DNA of 64,000 bases from Fibrella musci. Its GTDB lineage: Bacteria; Bacteroidota; Bacteroidia; Cytophagales; Spirosomataceae. The notes below the pieces were generated by a model. The model made no database searches. It saw only the letters and a program-made list of their open reading frames with translations, and was not told the DNA's origin. This document shows positions 48,839-58,988 of this stretch, in pieces. Each line of letters begins with the position of its first letter. Positions within the stretch are counted from its first letter, which is position 1. Made by a program: the position numbers and the translations under genes. Location of the stretch: positions 8,544 to 72,543 of the forward strand of contig NZ_JBGGWD010000005.1 in the NCBI RefSeq assembly GCF_041321105.1. The letters run 5' to 3'.

Positions 48839-50911
48839 TTAGCTTGCCACGGCGGTCGGTTCGAGCCAGCGGCCGTCTTCCCGAATCAATTCAATGAGCT
48901 CGTCGACAGCCCGGGCGGCCGATACTGATTTCTTCACCACCTGCTGCCCCCGGTACAGCGCGATCTTGTCGCGACCGATGCCCACGTACCCATAATCGGC
49001 ATCAGCCATCTCGCCGGGTCCGTTCACGATACAGCCCATGATCCCGATCTTGACGCCTTTCAGGTGGTCGGTCCGCTGCCGGATCGTGGCCGTGGTTTCC
49101 TGCAAATCGAACAGCGTACGGCCGCACGACGGGCACGAGATGTATTCGGTTTTGGTGATGCGGGTGCGGGCGGCCTGCAAAATACCAAACGCCAGCCCGT
49201 TCAACTGTTTCAGTTCGTCGAGGTCGTCGGTGCGGGTGCTACACAGAAGTACGCCATCCCCAAAGCCATCGATCAACAGCCCGCCCACGTCCGTGGCGGC
49301 GTAGAGCGGCAGGTGTTCGGCAGGTACCCCGCCGGGGTTGGGCAAGCTTGGGTAGCCGCGCTGAATCACCACGGGGAGGGTCAGTTTACGGTCGGCGAGT
49401 TCGATAAATAGCCGCCGCAGTTCGGGCATGGCGTGGGTGTTGTCGGTATGCACGATTCCCACCACGTTGCGATCCTGCCGCAACGCCTCAGCGAGTTCGT
49501 CGTTCAGGTCAAGCAACGAAAACCGCACGAAGTTGAGCCGGAAGTGCAGGCCCTGCGACTGATGGCGGGCGTGCAGGTATTCGGCGGCCGTCAGCATCGG
49601 CAACGCGTTCATCCCGTCGGCGTGGCTGCGCCAGGCGGCATAGTCGACAATCTCTTTCAGGCCGTTGGGCAGCATAAACTGCGCCGGCTTGCTACCCGTG
49701 TAGAGGTAGTCGGCGCCAAGGTCGTTCATGGCCCATTTGTCGGGGACGGGCAGGTAAAAATGGCCTACTGCTTTCAGCACGTCGGTTTCGTTGACCACCG
49801 TGTGGCTGTAGTCGGCAATGACCCTGGGTACGTTGCTGCCCCCGAAATTGGCGACCTCGCTCGTTTGCCGCCGCGTGTACTGGAACGGATCGTAGGGCAG
49901 CGGCTGGGTGAGGTCGGGAATGGCGTCGGCGGTCTGGGCGCGGTTGGTATAGCGGTCGATCAGCGCTTTGGCCACGGGCGCTTCAAATTCGGGTTCTTCC
50001 GTCAGCGACACGCGCACGGTATCGCCCAGCCCATCTTCGAGCAGCGTACCGATGCCCAGCGCTGATTTGATGCGGCCATCTTCGGCCTCGCCCGCCTCCG
50101 TCACGCCGAGGTGCAGCGGATAGGGTTTCAGGCCCTCTTCGGCCAGCCGTTGCACCAGCAGCCGGTAGGCCTGCACCATCACCTGCGGGTTGCTCGACTT
50201 CATCGACAGCACGATGTTGTAATAATTCTCAGCCTCGCAGATGCGCAGGAATTCGAGCGCCGACTCCACCATGCCAACGGGCGTGTCGCCGTAGCGGCTC
50301 AGAATCCGGTCGGACAGGGAGCCGTGGTTGGTGCCGATCCGCATGGCCGTACCGTACTCTTTGCAGATGCGCACCAACGGCAGGAATTTCTCCCGGATGC
50401 GCTCCAGTTCGGCCGCATAAGCCGCGTCGGTGTAGTCGATGTGCTCGAACCGCTTCCGGTCGGCGTAGTTGCCGGGGTTGATGCGGACTTTCTCCACCAG
50501 TCGCGCGGCCAGTTCGGCGGCGTTGGGCGTAAAATGGATGTCGGCAATAAGCGGCGTTGTGTAGCCCCGCGCCCGCAGTTCTTTCCGAATGTTATCGAGA
50601 TTCTGGGCCTCTTTCACGCTCGGCGCCGTAATGCGGATATACTCGCAGCCCGCCTCGATCATCCGGATGCTCTGCGCCACCGACCCCGCCGTATCCATGG
50701 TGTCGATGGTGGTCATCGACTGCACGCGGATGGGGTACTCCGAGCCCATAGGTACGTCGCCGATGTTGACCGTAATGGTCTGGCGGCGGCTGTACTGGGT
50801 GAGGGAAGGCGCGTAAAGGGCGGGTGAGGCCGCGGGTACGTCGTTCGAGAAAGCGTTGGTCAGAAAATCGAGCATAGAGGTGGCAATTGGGGCACCGCAT
50901 TGGGACACCAC
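48839..50911 (-). CDS. ispG: 4-hydroxy-3-methylbut-2-enyl diphosphate synthase IspG, long form with an inserted domain
   Basis: GcpE motifs including CPSCGRT and TEAGEAEDGR. Length 690 aa, as in Bacteroidetes/Chlamydia-type IspG. Confidence 0.9.
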   Translation of the reverse strand: MVSQCGAPIATSMLDFLTNAFSNDVPAASPALYAPSLTQYSRRQTITVNIGDVPMGSEYPIRVQSMTTIDTMDTAGSVAQSIRMIEAGCEYIRITAPSVKEAQNLDNIRKELRARGYTTPLIADIHFTPNAAELAARLVEKVRINPGNYADRKRFEHIDYTDAAYAAELERIREKFLPLVRICKEYGTAMRIGTNHGSLSDRILSRYGDTPVGMVESALEFLRICEAENYYNIVLSMKSSNPQVMVQAYRLLVQRLAEEGLKPYPLHLGVTEAGEAEDGRIKSALGIGTLLEDGLGDTVRVSLTEEPEFEAPVAKALIDRYTNRAQTADAIPDLTQPLPYDPFQYTRRQTSEVANFGGSNVPRVIADYSHTVVNETDVLKAVGHFYLPVPDKWAMNDLGADYLYTGSKPAQFMLPNGLKEIVDYAAWRSHADGMNALPMLTAAEYLHARHQSQGLHFRLNFVRFSLLDLNDELAEALRQDRNVVGIVHTDNTHAMPELRRLFIELADRKLTLPVVIQRGYPSLPNPGGVPAEHLPLYAATDVGGLLIDGFGDGVLLCSTRTDDLDELKQLNGLAFGILQAARTRITKTEYISCPSCGRTLFDLQETTATIRQRTDHLKGVKIGIMGCIVNGPGEMADADYGYVGIGRDKIALYRGQQVVKKSVSAARAVDELIELIREDGRWLEPTAVAS

Positions 50912-50986
50912 AAAGGTAACACAAACGCGGGCAAGCCTGTTCGCCTGGCTGCTGGCCGCGGCAGCAACGGAGCGGCAGGCAGTACG

Positions 50987-51754
50987 CTAGGCTGGATCAG
51001 CGGCATGCTTTCGACCACTAATGCCCGTGGCACAGCCATAAAAATAATCGTCGAGCTGCACCATTAACCCGTAGCGTTCAAATACCGCCCGGGCTGCTTT
51101 CGCGTTGGCAAACCGGTCGGTATACTCCCACAGCATGCGGTAATCACTGGGATTGCCCAGGAATACGTTTCCCAACAGGGGGATCATTCGTTTCAGATAA
51201 AACCGGTACAACCAGAGCAACAGCTTGTTGGGTGGCTTCGAAATCTCGATAAACGAAAACTGGCCTTGTGGCTTCAGAATCCGGCTCGTGGTTTTTGCCA
51301 GGGCCTCCAACTGCGCGCCATTGAACGTTTTGAGGCCAAACGCACAGACAACCACATCAAACTCGCCGGACGACAGGTCACTGGCTAAAATGTCCTGATT
51401 CAGGACGGTGAATCGGCTGTTGAATTGCTGTTCATTTTTCTGACTGCTTACCCGGTGCATTTCTTCCGAAAAATCCAATGCCGTGAAGGTAGCCCTCGGG
51501 TACCGATCGAGCAGAAGCGCCCAGTTTTCACCCAGACCCGATAGCAGGTCGATTACCCGAATGGGGCGCTCATCTGTCGGCAACCGGCGAATGAACTGGT
51601 TGCGCCAGCGTATCGAAAACCCAAACGACGTGATGAAATTCATGCGCTCATACGAGCCCGACATGCGGTTGAACAGGCGCTTCACGTAAGCAGGTTCGTA
51701 GATATTATCGCAGCTATTACCATTGATATCGTCCATGTACAAAAATGAATGCAA
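50987..51754 (-). CDS. Class I SAM-dependent methyltransferase (UbiE/MenG-like)
   Basis: VIDLLSGLGEN motif I and a DVVVCAFGL region. Confidence 0.65.
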   Translation of the reverse strand: MHSFLYMDDINGNSCDNIYEPAYVKRLFNRMSGSYERMNFITSFGFSIRWRNQFIRRLPTDERPIRVIDLLSGLGENWALLLDRYPRATFTALDFSEEMHRVSSQKNEQQFNSRFTVLNQDILASDLSSGEFDVVVCAFGLKTFNGAQLEALAKTTSRILKPQGQFSFIEISKPPNKLLLWLYRFYLKRMIPLLGNVFLGNPSDYRMLWEYTDRFANAKAARAVFERYGLMVQLDDYFYGCATGISGRKHAADPA

Positions 51755-51815
51755 CGAAATTGATTAACAAGCTACGTTAGTAGTTACCTGACGATCGCTC
51801 GTCAGCGCATATGGC

Positions 51816-52190
51816 TTATGCGTCAGGGCCTGTTTTGATCACGAACGCATTTAGCTCGACCATCTTACCCTCGTGAAAACGCCAGACATCGCAGTAGGCG
51901 TACCGGACCGGCTGCCCGTCCTCGTCCTTCATGATGATGTCGCCAAGGGCCGTTAGAAAATCGCCCTCGGCGATCATGTTCGTGACCGTGAAGTTGGGCG
52001 GCTCGTGGTTTGTCGTCTCGAGGTAGTGGCGCACGGCGTCCTTGCCCCTAAGGGTTGTTTCGCCGACGTAGGTCCATTCCGTATCGTCGGAGCAGAACGC
52101 CAGAAACCCGTCCAAATCGCCTTTGGCGATAGCGGCGTTCGCCTTTTCTAAGATCGTTTTGTTGTCTTCTGCCATGGCATTGTCACCCAT
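51816..52190 (-). CDS. NTF2-like/SnoaL-like small protein
   Basis: Size and a ...WRFHEGKMVELNAF... pattern. Confidence 0.5.
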   Translation of the reverse strand: MGDNAMAEDNKTILEKANAAIAKGDLDGFLAFCSDDTEWTYVGETTLRGKDAVRHYLETTNHEPPNFTVTNMIAEGDFLTALGDIIMKDEDGQPVRYAYCDVWRFHEGKMVELNAFVIKTGPDA

Positions 52191-52370
52191 TACAAGCCAT
52201 TTCTGGCTTTTCTGAGGTAACGCGTTGACGCGGGGTCTGGTTATTCAACCTACCTAACTGGCCGGGCTGCACTGTCGGCCCGAACCCGGCAACGACGCAA
52301 CAGGCTGTCTTCCGAACCGGCTCATTCGGTAAGAGGGCTGGCCATTATTTCAGCCGGAGACCAACCGACG

Positions 52371-53234
52371 TCAGTGACTGGCTTCGGTGGTTTTGCGTTC
52401 GTTGAAAAAGTCCAGCGCGATCTGGCAAAGCCGCTCACTATGCTGCTCCGGCATGTCGTGGCCTGTGTTCGGGTAGATACACAGTTGGCCTTGTTTCAGC
52501 GAGCGAAATAAGTCGATGCTATGTTCTAACCGGATCATGTCCCGATCGCCGCGAATGAGGAGCACCGGCACCGCAATGCTGACCAGCTTCGCGTCGGGCA
52601 CTTTGCTTTCCCTTGCCCACATTTTTTGGTTGTCTTCCCAGAATTTGACCCATTTCTCGGGTTGGGGATTCAGCCGCTGATAGTGGTTGAGCCAGTCTTT
52701 GTCTTCTTTTACCGCTTCGACGGTGTATTCATTCAACAGGTCACGCCCTTCCTGCGTTAGCCCGCTGGCTTTCGAGTTGGATGCCCCGCTGACCACTTTT
52801 TTCACTTTGTCGGGCCGGTTGGCCGCCAGTAACAGGGCCGTGTTGCCGCCCATGCTCCACCCCATCACGTAGACACTGTCCAGTTGCAGCTTGTCAATCA
52901 GGGCAGAGCCGTATTCGGCCAACAGGTCGCCGCTCAGACTGTCGGCCTGCTCGGAGCGGCCATGTCCGGGTGCATCGGGTGCGATGACCCGGAAGTGCTT
53001 CGACAGTTCCGGAATAAGGGAGCTGACCGTTTCGATGGAACCGAGGCCCTGATGAAGCAGCAACAACGGCGTTCCGCTGCCGTATTCCTCGTAGTACAGC
53101 TTCGTGCCGTGGAGGGTCAGGTACGTTCCGTGGTTGGAACCGTATTGACTAGTTTTTGCCGCCTCGTCTGTATGCGTACAGGCCGCCAGCAGGAGACTTA
53201 GCAGCAGGCAGTAAGCGATCGGTTTTATGTCCAT
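52371..53234 (-). CDS. Alpha/beta hydrolase, lipoprotein
   Basis: LLLAAC lipobox, GWSMGG nucleophile elbow, HG oxyanion motif. Confidence 0.75.
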   Translation of the reverse strand: MDIKPIAYCLLLSLLLAACTHTDEAAKTSQYGSNHGTYLTLHGTKLYYEEYGSGTPLLLLHQGLGSIETVSSLIPELSKHFRVIAPDAPGHGRSEQADSLSGDLLAEYGSALIDKLQLDSVYVMGWSMGGNTALLLAANRPDKVKKVVSGASNSKASGLTQEGRDLLNEYTVEAVKEDKDWLNHYQRLNPQPEKWVKFWEDNQKMWARESKVPDAKLVSIAVPVLLIRGDRDMIRLEHSIDLFRSLKQGQLCIYPNTGHDMPEQHSERLCQIALDFFNERKTTEASH

Positions 53235-53410
53235 TCGTTGGCCAAACAGGCATGGTGGTCTCCTAATCGGAGATGCCTGTTGGGGGTAACGAGTACCGCC
53301 TGTGGTGAATGGTTGTAACGAGCCGTGTTTTATTCGTTTAACACCGACGGCATTGCTGGCAGGCGAGCAACGTCACTGGACACACGTACCTGAACCGTAA
53401 CACCCCCTTT

Positions 53411-53439
53411 GGTTGGCTGAGCACTTGACGTTGAGACGT
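53411..53439. repeat. Island-flanking repeat copy 1: GGTTGGCTGAGCACTTGACGTTGAGACGT
   Basis: About 85% identical to 56243-56271. Both lie in GC-rich spacers that flank AT-rich cassettes. Confidence 0.45.
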
Positions 53440-53490
53440 ACTTCCTGCCGCCCGCCTACGTACAGTAAGGCAAGCTCATGGAGTTAGGCC

Positions 53491-53754
53491 TCAAATCACG
53501 TTTTGTCTGGCGTTGAGTTCTTTCTTTATGGCTTTTAAATTGCTCCAGTTTAAAAACAGAATGGGCATCAACGCAAACGGAATTACCCCCAGCCCCATGC
53601 TCGTTGCATCAAGTCCTTTTTTGCGGGCCAACAGTACGACCATAACGAGCAGGGCCGAAAGCGCACCAGCCAGCATACCCGTTGCGAGTTCTGTTGTTTT
53701 TTTGTGTTTAAGCAATGCTTCATTGCTCATCTCTTCAATTTTTTGACTTTTCAT
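53491..53754 (-). CDS. Small two-TM membrane protein (87 aa)
   Basis: Two hydrophobic helices. AT-rich coding. Confidence 0.4.
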   Translation of the reverse strand: MKSQKIEEMSNEALLKHKKTTELATGMLAGALSALLVMVVLLARKKGLDATSMGLGVIPFALMPILFLNWSNLKAIKKELNARQNVI

Positions 53755-54202
53755 ACAACCGATTTAGTATTAAGAAAACGGAACTTCAGTGAGAGCATTT
53801 ATTCTTTCGCTGAGCCGGGGATAGATACACCTTTTCATTGCTTATTATGTTTGCAAAACGCTCCAGGGGGCTGATGGAGGCCACGACTTAGCCCAAACCA
53901 CCTCAACGCCTTCGCTACCTTTTCACAATCAGTTTTGTTGCGCCCTCCAATGTAGCTTTCCTCATGTGATTCTTGTCTACCACTACGTGGACAGCAGAGC
54001 TAATCGACGACGCACGGCATCTGCTTGGGGTACGTTCCTAACCAAAACGACGGGCGTTTTGTGCCGTTGCGAGCGCAAAGCTAGGTACGTTGCTGGCCCA
54101 TGTTTGGCTTGTCGGCGGGCCGTTGAAACCACCGCTACCTCGTACAATACAGAATAGTTGTATGATAAAAAAACGTGTCTTTCGTCAACGACCAAATGTA
54201 AC

Positions 54203-54709
54203 CTAAACTCTTGTGCATGAAAATTTGATGTTCAACTGTTTTATGAAATCGAAATCATTAATCCATTTAATATCAAGATTATCGCACACATTTGGGATTT
54301 TAATCTTCGTTGAATTTGCGGCTGTAACTTTCTCTTCTTTTGTAACCACGATAGCCTGCTCATTCATAGCATGAGCAATCACCCAAGGATCAGCAAGAGA
54401 CCTACCTTTTTTATTATCAACTAGTTGTTGATGCAATGGATTTGAGCTGTAAATTGATCTAAGGCAAGTTATTACAGACGAATTTGTTTTTCGAACAGGT
54501 ATTCGGCTTGTTTTCAGCCATTCAGAAAGGTCATCCTCTGTATTTACTATCTCGTCAAAAACCTGTTCAGCAATAAAAATTCGACCGCTACTACCCAAGC
54601 TTATTAATATATCCCAATATCCGGGACAAAACGTTGGTGAGTAATATTTTTGCCATGCTTCAATGAGTACATTAGCATCCAAGCAATAACTTTCTCCTGA
54701 TGTACTCAT
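54203..54709 (-). CDS. DUF4411 family PIN-like protein, the putative toxin/effector of the module
   Basis: CLDANVLIEAW N-terminus, ADPWVIAHA and KIPNVCD motifs. AT-rich. Confidence 0.6.
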   Translation of the reverse strand: MSTSGESYCLDANVLIEAWQKYYSPTFCPGYWDILISLGSSGRIFIAEQVFDEIVNTEDDLSEWLKTSRIPVRKTNSSVITCLRSIYSSNPLHQQLVDNKKGRSLADPWVIAHAMNEQAIVVTKEEKVTAANSTKIKIPNVCDNLDIKWINDFDFIKQLNIKFSCTRV

Positions 54710-55887
54710 TTGTATAGTTGTGCTTCTAATTTTTGGAATTTGTTAACGTGAACATTGAGCAAACTGCTAGCCAAAGTGGGTTCAATCCGACCTCCACGAA
54801 AGGCATCAAGAACTGTTTGAGTGAACAGTCTGCTATTCCTGTTTAGCTGAAGAAGGTAATAGTCAGGTCCTCCACTACTATTCTTTTGTCTAGCTTTTCT
54901 TTCCTCCTCACGCTTGATAAACTCCTTAAAAGCTGTATCAGCTTGTGTTCTAAGCTTTGAGTAGGTGGGTGCAGAAATAATGCTAAGATTTAAAGCTCTA
55001 ACAATCATAGCTACTGAACTTACTCCTAGCGACCTCGAAGCTTGAAAAACATTGTTATAGTCTTGTAATTTTTGAGGGCCAATACTTTGAAGTATCTCTT
55101 TTGGCATCAAGGCGTTAGCGGCTACCTCGTTACAGAAAAGCTCAACCGGATGAAACTTATCTCTGTCTTTCTGAACAATATCTATTGCATTCGATACACC
55201 AGTTGCTGCAATCCAGATGTGGGCTAACTCATGAACAAAAGTAAAAAGTTGCGGTGCGTTCCAATCATCAGAATTAATAAAAACGAATGGAGCAAAAGGA
55301 TCAGCAATAGCAAATCCCTGTAACTCATCTGAATCTAATTTAAGCCTAGAATGTATGAAACTAGTTCTAGAAACAAATACGCCATTAACCTCAGCAGAAC
55401 CAATCCACTCTTTAATGGGATTGTTAGTTTTGTAGCTGCTTGGATTAATTTTTAGAGTTTCAAGAATGTCTTTTGCAACTTTTGCAGGGTCGGAGTTTAA
55501 TGTAAAGCGTCCGACAAAAGGTAATTTGGCGTCGCCATTTTCAGCATGTAGATCACTCAACCAAGCTTGCTTTTGTTGTATCTCCCGAATTATAAAAACA
55601 GATGATGTAGTTAGTGGTTTAGAGCCTGGCTTCCTAAAATCTTGTAATGGCTGGAAATCCCTAGGTATGTCAGGTAGAAAAAATAAAGCAAATGGCCTCT
55701 TGTAGTGCTTTGCTAATTCTTGGGCTTGCCTAATTGTGGGCTGATCTACGCCATCTTCCCATGATTGCAGTTTTTCAACAGACACGGAGATTTTAGCAGC
55801 AGCAATTTCTTCGGACATACGTGCCGATTCTCTTGCCCATTTTAGTATAATAGGTGTTATAAAAGCTTCGTCAGCCATCGCTAGCAA
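54706..55887 (-). CDS. XRE-type HTH fused to an ImmA/IrrE (COG2856) zinc metallopeptidase
   Basis: N-terminal HTH-like segment. HELAHIW (HExxH) in the C-terminal half. Overlaps the DUF4411 gene by 4 bp. Confidence 0.7.
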   Translation of the reverse strand: MLAMADEAFITPIILKWARESARMSEEIAAAKISVSVEKLQSWEDGVDQPTIRQAQELAKHYKRPFALFFLPDIPRDFQPLQDFRKPGSKPLTTSSVFIIREIQQKQAWLSDLHAENGDAKLPFVGRFTLNSDPAKVAKDILETLKINPSSYKTNNPIKEWIGSAEVNGVFVSRTSFIHSRLKLDSDELQGFAIADPFAPFVFINSDDWNAPQLFTFVHELAHIWIAATGVSNAIDIVQKDRDKFHPVELFCNEVAANALMPKEILQSIGPQKLQDYNNVFQASRSLGVSSVAMIVRALNLSIISAPTYSKLRTQADTAFKEFIKREEERKARQKNSSGGPDYYLLQLNRNSRLFTQTVLDAFRGGRIEPTLASSLLNVHVNKFQKLEAQLYK

Positions 55888-56242
55888 ATCTATATATAGC
55901 CTTCTATATAATCATTATCGTAACGAAAAAAAGATAAAATTCATTACTATACAGTTGCTTATTCGTTCTGTCGCAGGTAGTTGGGGCAAATCACCGCCTC
56001 CGCAACGTGCTTAACCCAGGTGATTCGTGTCGGCGGGGACGTGTCTAGGCCGGGGTTCGCTCACGAGTGGCTGGCAAATAGCCGCAACGTGCTGTTTTAC
56101 AGAATATTCCTGTCCGCCGAGACGTGCTTACGCCGTGACGCGTACGCCTTACACGGACAAGCAGCAACCCCCCTGAGTGTTGATGGATGAGGGCGCTACA
56201 TGCCTGAACAATCGAAACTTGCAACCTTTACACACTCATTAT

Positions 56243-56271
56243 GTTGGGCTGAACACTTGCCTTTGAGACGT
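56243..56271. repeat. Island-flanking repeat copy 2: GTTGGGCTGAACACTTGCCTTTGAGACGT
   Basis: Imperfect direct repeat of 53411-53439. Confidence 0.45.
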
Positions 56272-56466
56272 GCGGCCTGTCGACGGAGAGCTGCCCCGGC
56301 GCAGAGCGAACAACAACGTACCCAATCCAATTCTGTACTGACGGCGAAGCTAGTTAACTAACCTTCTTCTATACCGAGACTATATGTCTAAACGCGCTGC
56401 CTGTCGCCAGCGAATAGCAAAGGAGAAAAGTACAAGTCGACAATATTAAATTTTGAAACACAGATA

Positions 56467-57057
56467 TTATTTGTCTGGCCTTCTTCTCCTTTTTTTAGAC
56501 AATATACTTTTTAGAAGTTGCTCTTCTTCTGGAGTGAGTTCATCTTCAGAATAATCAACACCTTCAGCAGTACTAGTGTGATTTTTACTGGATTCACCTT
56601 CAGAAGTATCAATATCAGGACTATTTAATAATTTTGGCTCAGGGGCCATTAATTTTCTTGGGCTGTATGTTGAATGTTGTTCAAACTCAGGCAAAATCGC
56701 ACCAGCTAAAATAAAATCATTAGCTCCTGTAAAAATATTTCTTCTTAAAATTTCAGCTTGCTCCCTTCCTATTTTCTCCTCTTTTTCAAGAGTATTGATA
56801 TTTTCAATGACTGGTAAAGCTTTAGTAATCAGATCTATGCGTTCGTGAAGTTTCTTTTCTCTATAAAATATTACTCTATCCCAAAGTCCTATAATTAATT
56901 CCTTTAACGAGGTAACTACTTTTGCCGCGCCTAAAAAGTCAAAAGATTTATCGCTGCCTGAATCGATAGCTACAACGCTTAAGTCGTTTTCATTGTGTCC
57001 TAAAATTTGCGCTATAGTTTCATAAAAGAGATTAACACTACTAAGGGCTTTTATCAA
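56467..57057 (-). CDS. Hypothetical protein (196 aa) with an acidic, Lys/Arg-rich tail
   Basis: AT-rich ORF. C-terminus ...EEEQLLKSILSKKRRRRPDK. No known motif. Confidence 0.4.
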   Translation of the reverse strand: MIKALSSVNLFYETIAQILGHNENDLSVVAIDSGSDKSFDFLGAAKVVTSLKELIIGLWDRVIFYREKKLHERIDLITKALPVIENINTLEKEEKIGREQAEILRRNIFTGANDFILAGAILPEFEQHSTYSPRKLMAPEPKLLNSPDIDTSEGESSKNHTSTAEGVDYSEDELTPEEEQLLKSILSKKRRRRPDK

Positions 57058-57183
57058 ACGTTCAGGATGTGATGCTTCTTTATTTTCTTCAGGAAGAATA
57101 ATTGTAATAATTTCTTGATTATCATATGGGTTGTAGTCAACAGATACTTGGTTGTTAGTGCGTTGTATATAATCAACATTATC

Positions 57184-57543
57184 TTATTTTAACAGATCAG
57201 GTAGTTTATCTAAATAATCCCTGATGAACGTTAACCCTCTATAATATTTAATATAAACCTCCCTGGAAGTGCCATTATCACCAGCTAAAATTCGTGTCCA
57301 TATCTTAGTACTTTCAATACCGTCTAACCCGAAAATTGATAGAATTTCTTTGTCAGTTTTGTCGAAATTACGGTAGTAATTAGAGAACGTCTGAAACGCT
57401 TCAACTGCAATCTCTGGATTAGCTTTCTTATCAGAAGAAGAAGACGGTGAAACGACATGTTGAAAAACACTAACGACTCCTGAGTCTATAATGGCTTTTT
57501 TTAATTTCATTATAGAGTTAATAATGTCAATTCTTCTCATCAA
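57184..57543 (-). CDS. Hypothetical protein (119 aa)
   Basis: AT-rich ORF, 126 bp upstream of and on the same strand as the 196-aa ORF. Confidence 0.4.
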   Translation of the reverse strand: MMRRIDIINSIMKLKKAIIDSGVVSVFQHVVSPSSSSDKKANPEIAVEAFQTFSNYYRNFDKTDKEILSIFGLDGIESTKIWTRILAGDNGTSREVYIKYYRGLTFIRDYLDKLPDLLK

Positions 57544-58029
57544 ATTTTATCTATAAGTGGAATTAATCAGTAAATGATCAAAGTCTATAAAGACTGAAAA
57601 TGTAAGTTAGTTCTTTTTTCAAAAACTTTCTAATTGAATGCCACATACCTAATAGACGTGCTTTAACCTTATCGGGGCGGTCAGCTACCATCCTAGACTC
57701 TGGAATGTAAACCTCAACTTACCCAACGATCACATTCCCATGTCGCCCGAAACCCAGAAATGAAAGCCCCAGAGCTGCCCCTGTCGGGACGTGCAACTTG
57801 TCGCACGAGGCATGCATCTCACGCTTTTTATTCTTGTCTGGCGCACCCAACATAGTATTGGACGCAAAACTGCGGAACTATTCCCATTGATAATCAGACG
57901 ATTCTAGTTCCGCAACTACATTTTCTTGTGTTGATTCGGTCAAAGGCGTTTACAAATACGAAAATAGATTGGTTATGTCCAATGGCCGTTGCGGATTTTT
58001 TCTGGACGGTATTCCGGCTGGGTCCATTT

Positions 58030-58962
58030 TCATCGGAACAGTACGATCAGGGCGGCGCCGATGACCATGATGGTGGCGCCGATTAGTTTAGGCAATAGCT
58101 GGCGTTCGCCGAAAAACTGGTAGCCAAACAGTACACTCACGACCGCCGACGTCTGGAAGAGTGCCAGTGCGTAGCCTACCTGCATGCCACTGAAGGCCAC
58201 CGTAGTCGATAGTTGCATCAGGCCCACCAGGGCAATCAGGGCCAGGTAGCTCATGCGTTGGCGGGCCAGCAGTCGGCATTGGGCGGCTATCGTCGAGCGG
58301 TGCAGGCTGCCGTACCAGCCCCACGACAACACGCTGCCCAGCACGCACCAGACCACAAACACGGTGGTGGCATCGGCCAGCAGCACGGCCCTTTTGATAT
58401 ACACCGCCTCAATGGCCGAGCAGATCAGCGCCAACACGCGCCACCGGATTTCGGGTTGCCCCATCAGCCGCCAGCCGCCACCGCCCGCGCCGCGATTGGG
58501 TTGCAGCACGAAGTAGCTCCCCAGCACAATTAGCCCCACGCCCAGCAGGCCCGCCACGCTCGGCACTTCGCCCAGCAGCACGGCCCCCACCACCATACTG
58601 ACGACGGCCTTGTAGGCGTTGATCGGCCCCAGCACCGACAAATCGCCCGTCTGCAAGGCTTTAACCAGCAGCGTATTGCCCAGCACGGCTAATACGCCCA
58701 TCAGCAGCGCGTTGGTCCAGAAGTCGAGGCTCAGGTGCCGGGCGGTTTCCCAGCGATAGACGAACAGGCAGGCGATGAACAACCCGGTGTAGGTCACCGC
58801 CGTCACGAACAGCGGATCGGCGGATTGGTGCGTGAGCTTCTTCTGAAAAACGTTGGCCAGCGGATTGGCCAGAATCCGAACCAGCAGAGCCAGGGAGGTT
58901 ATCGTACCAACGAAGAGCAGCATGGGCCGGGCAGATTGGGTAAAGCAAGCAGCAATGGGCAA
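58030..58962 (-). CDS. DMT superfamily (EamA-like) transporter
   Basis: Ten predicted TM helices in a duplicated five-helix arrangement. Confidence 0.7.
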   Translation of the reverse strand: MPIAACFTQSARPMLLFVGTITSLALLVRILANPLANVFQKKLTHQSADPLFVTAVTYTGLFIACLFVYRWETARHLSLDFWTNALLMGVLAVLGNTLLVKALQTGDLSVLGPINAYKAVVSMVVGAVLLGEVPSVAGLLGVGLIVLGSYFVLQPNRGAGGGGWRLMGQPEIRWRVLALICSAIEAVYIKRAVLLADATTVFVVWCVLGSVLSWGWYGSLHRSTIAAQCRLLARQRMSYLALIALVGLMQLSTTVAFSGMQVGYALALFQTSAVVSVLFGYQFFGERQLLPKLIGATIMVIGAALIVLFR

Positions 58963-58988
58963 AGGAGCCGGCGGGGTTGGTGGGCGGG

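Noticed and set aside
53336-53489. Integron attC-like site. GCCTAAC (R''-like) directly abuts the stop of the 87-aa ORF, and GTTAAAC (R'-like) lies 154 bp away. I considered this as the first cassette of a chromosomal integron array.
   Set aside because: Only this one boundary fits. The DUF4411 and other cassette ends do not show RYYYAAC/GTTRRRY cores. 154 bp is long for an attC. No intI or attI is visible. The 7-mers could easily occur by chance.
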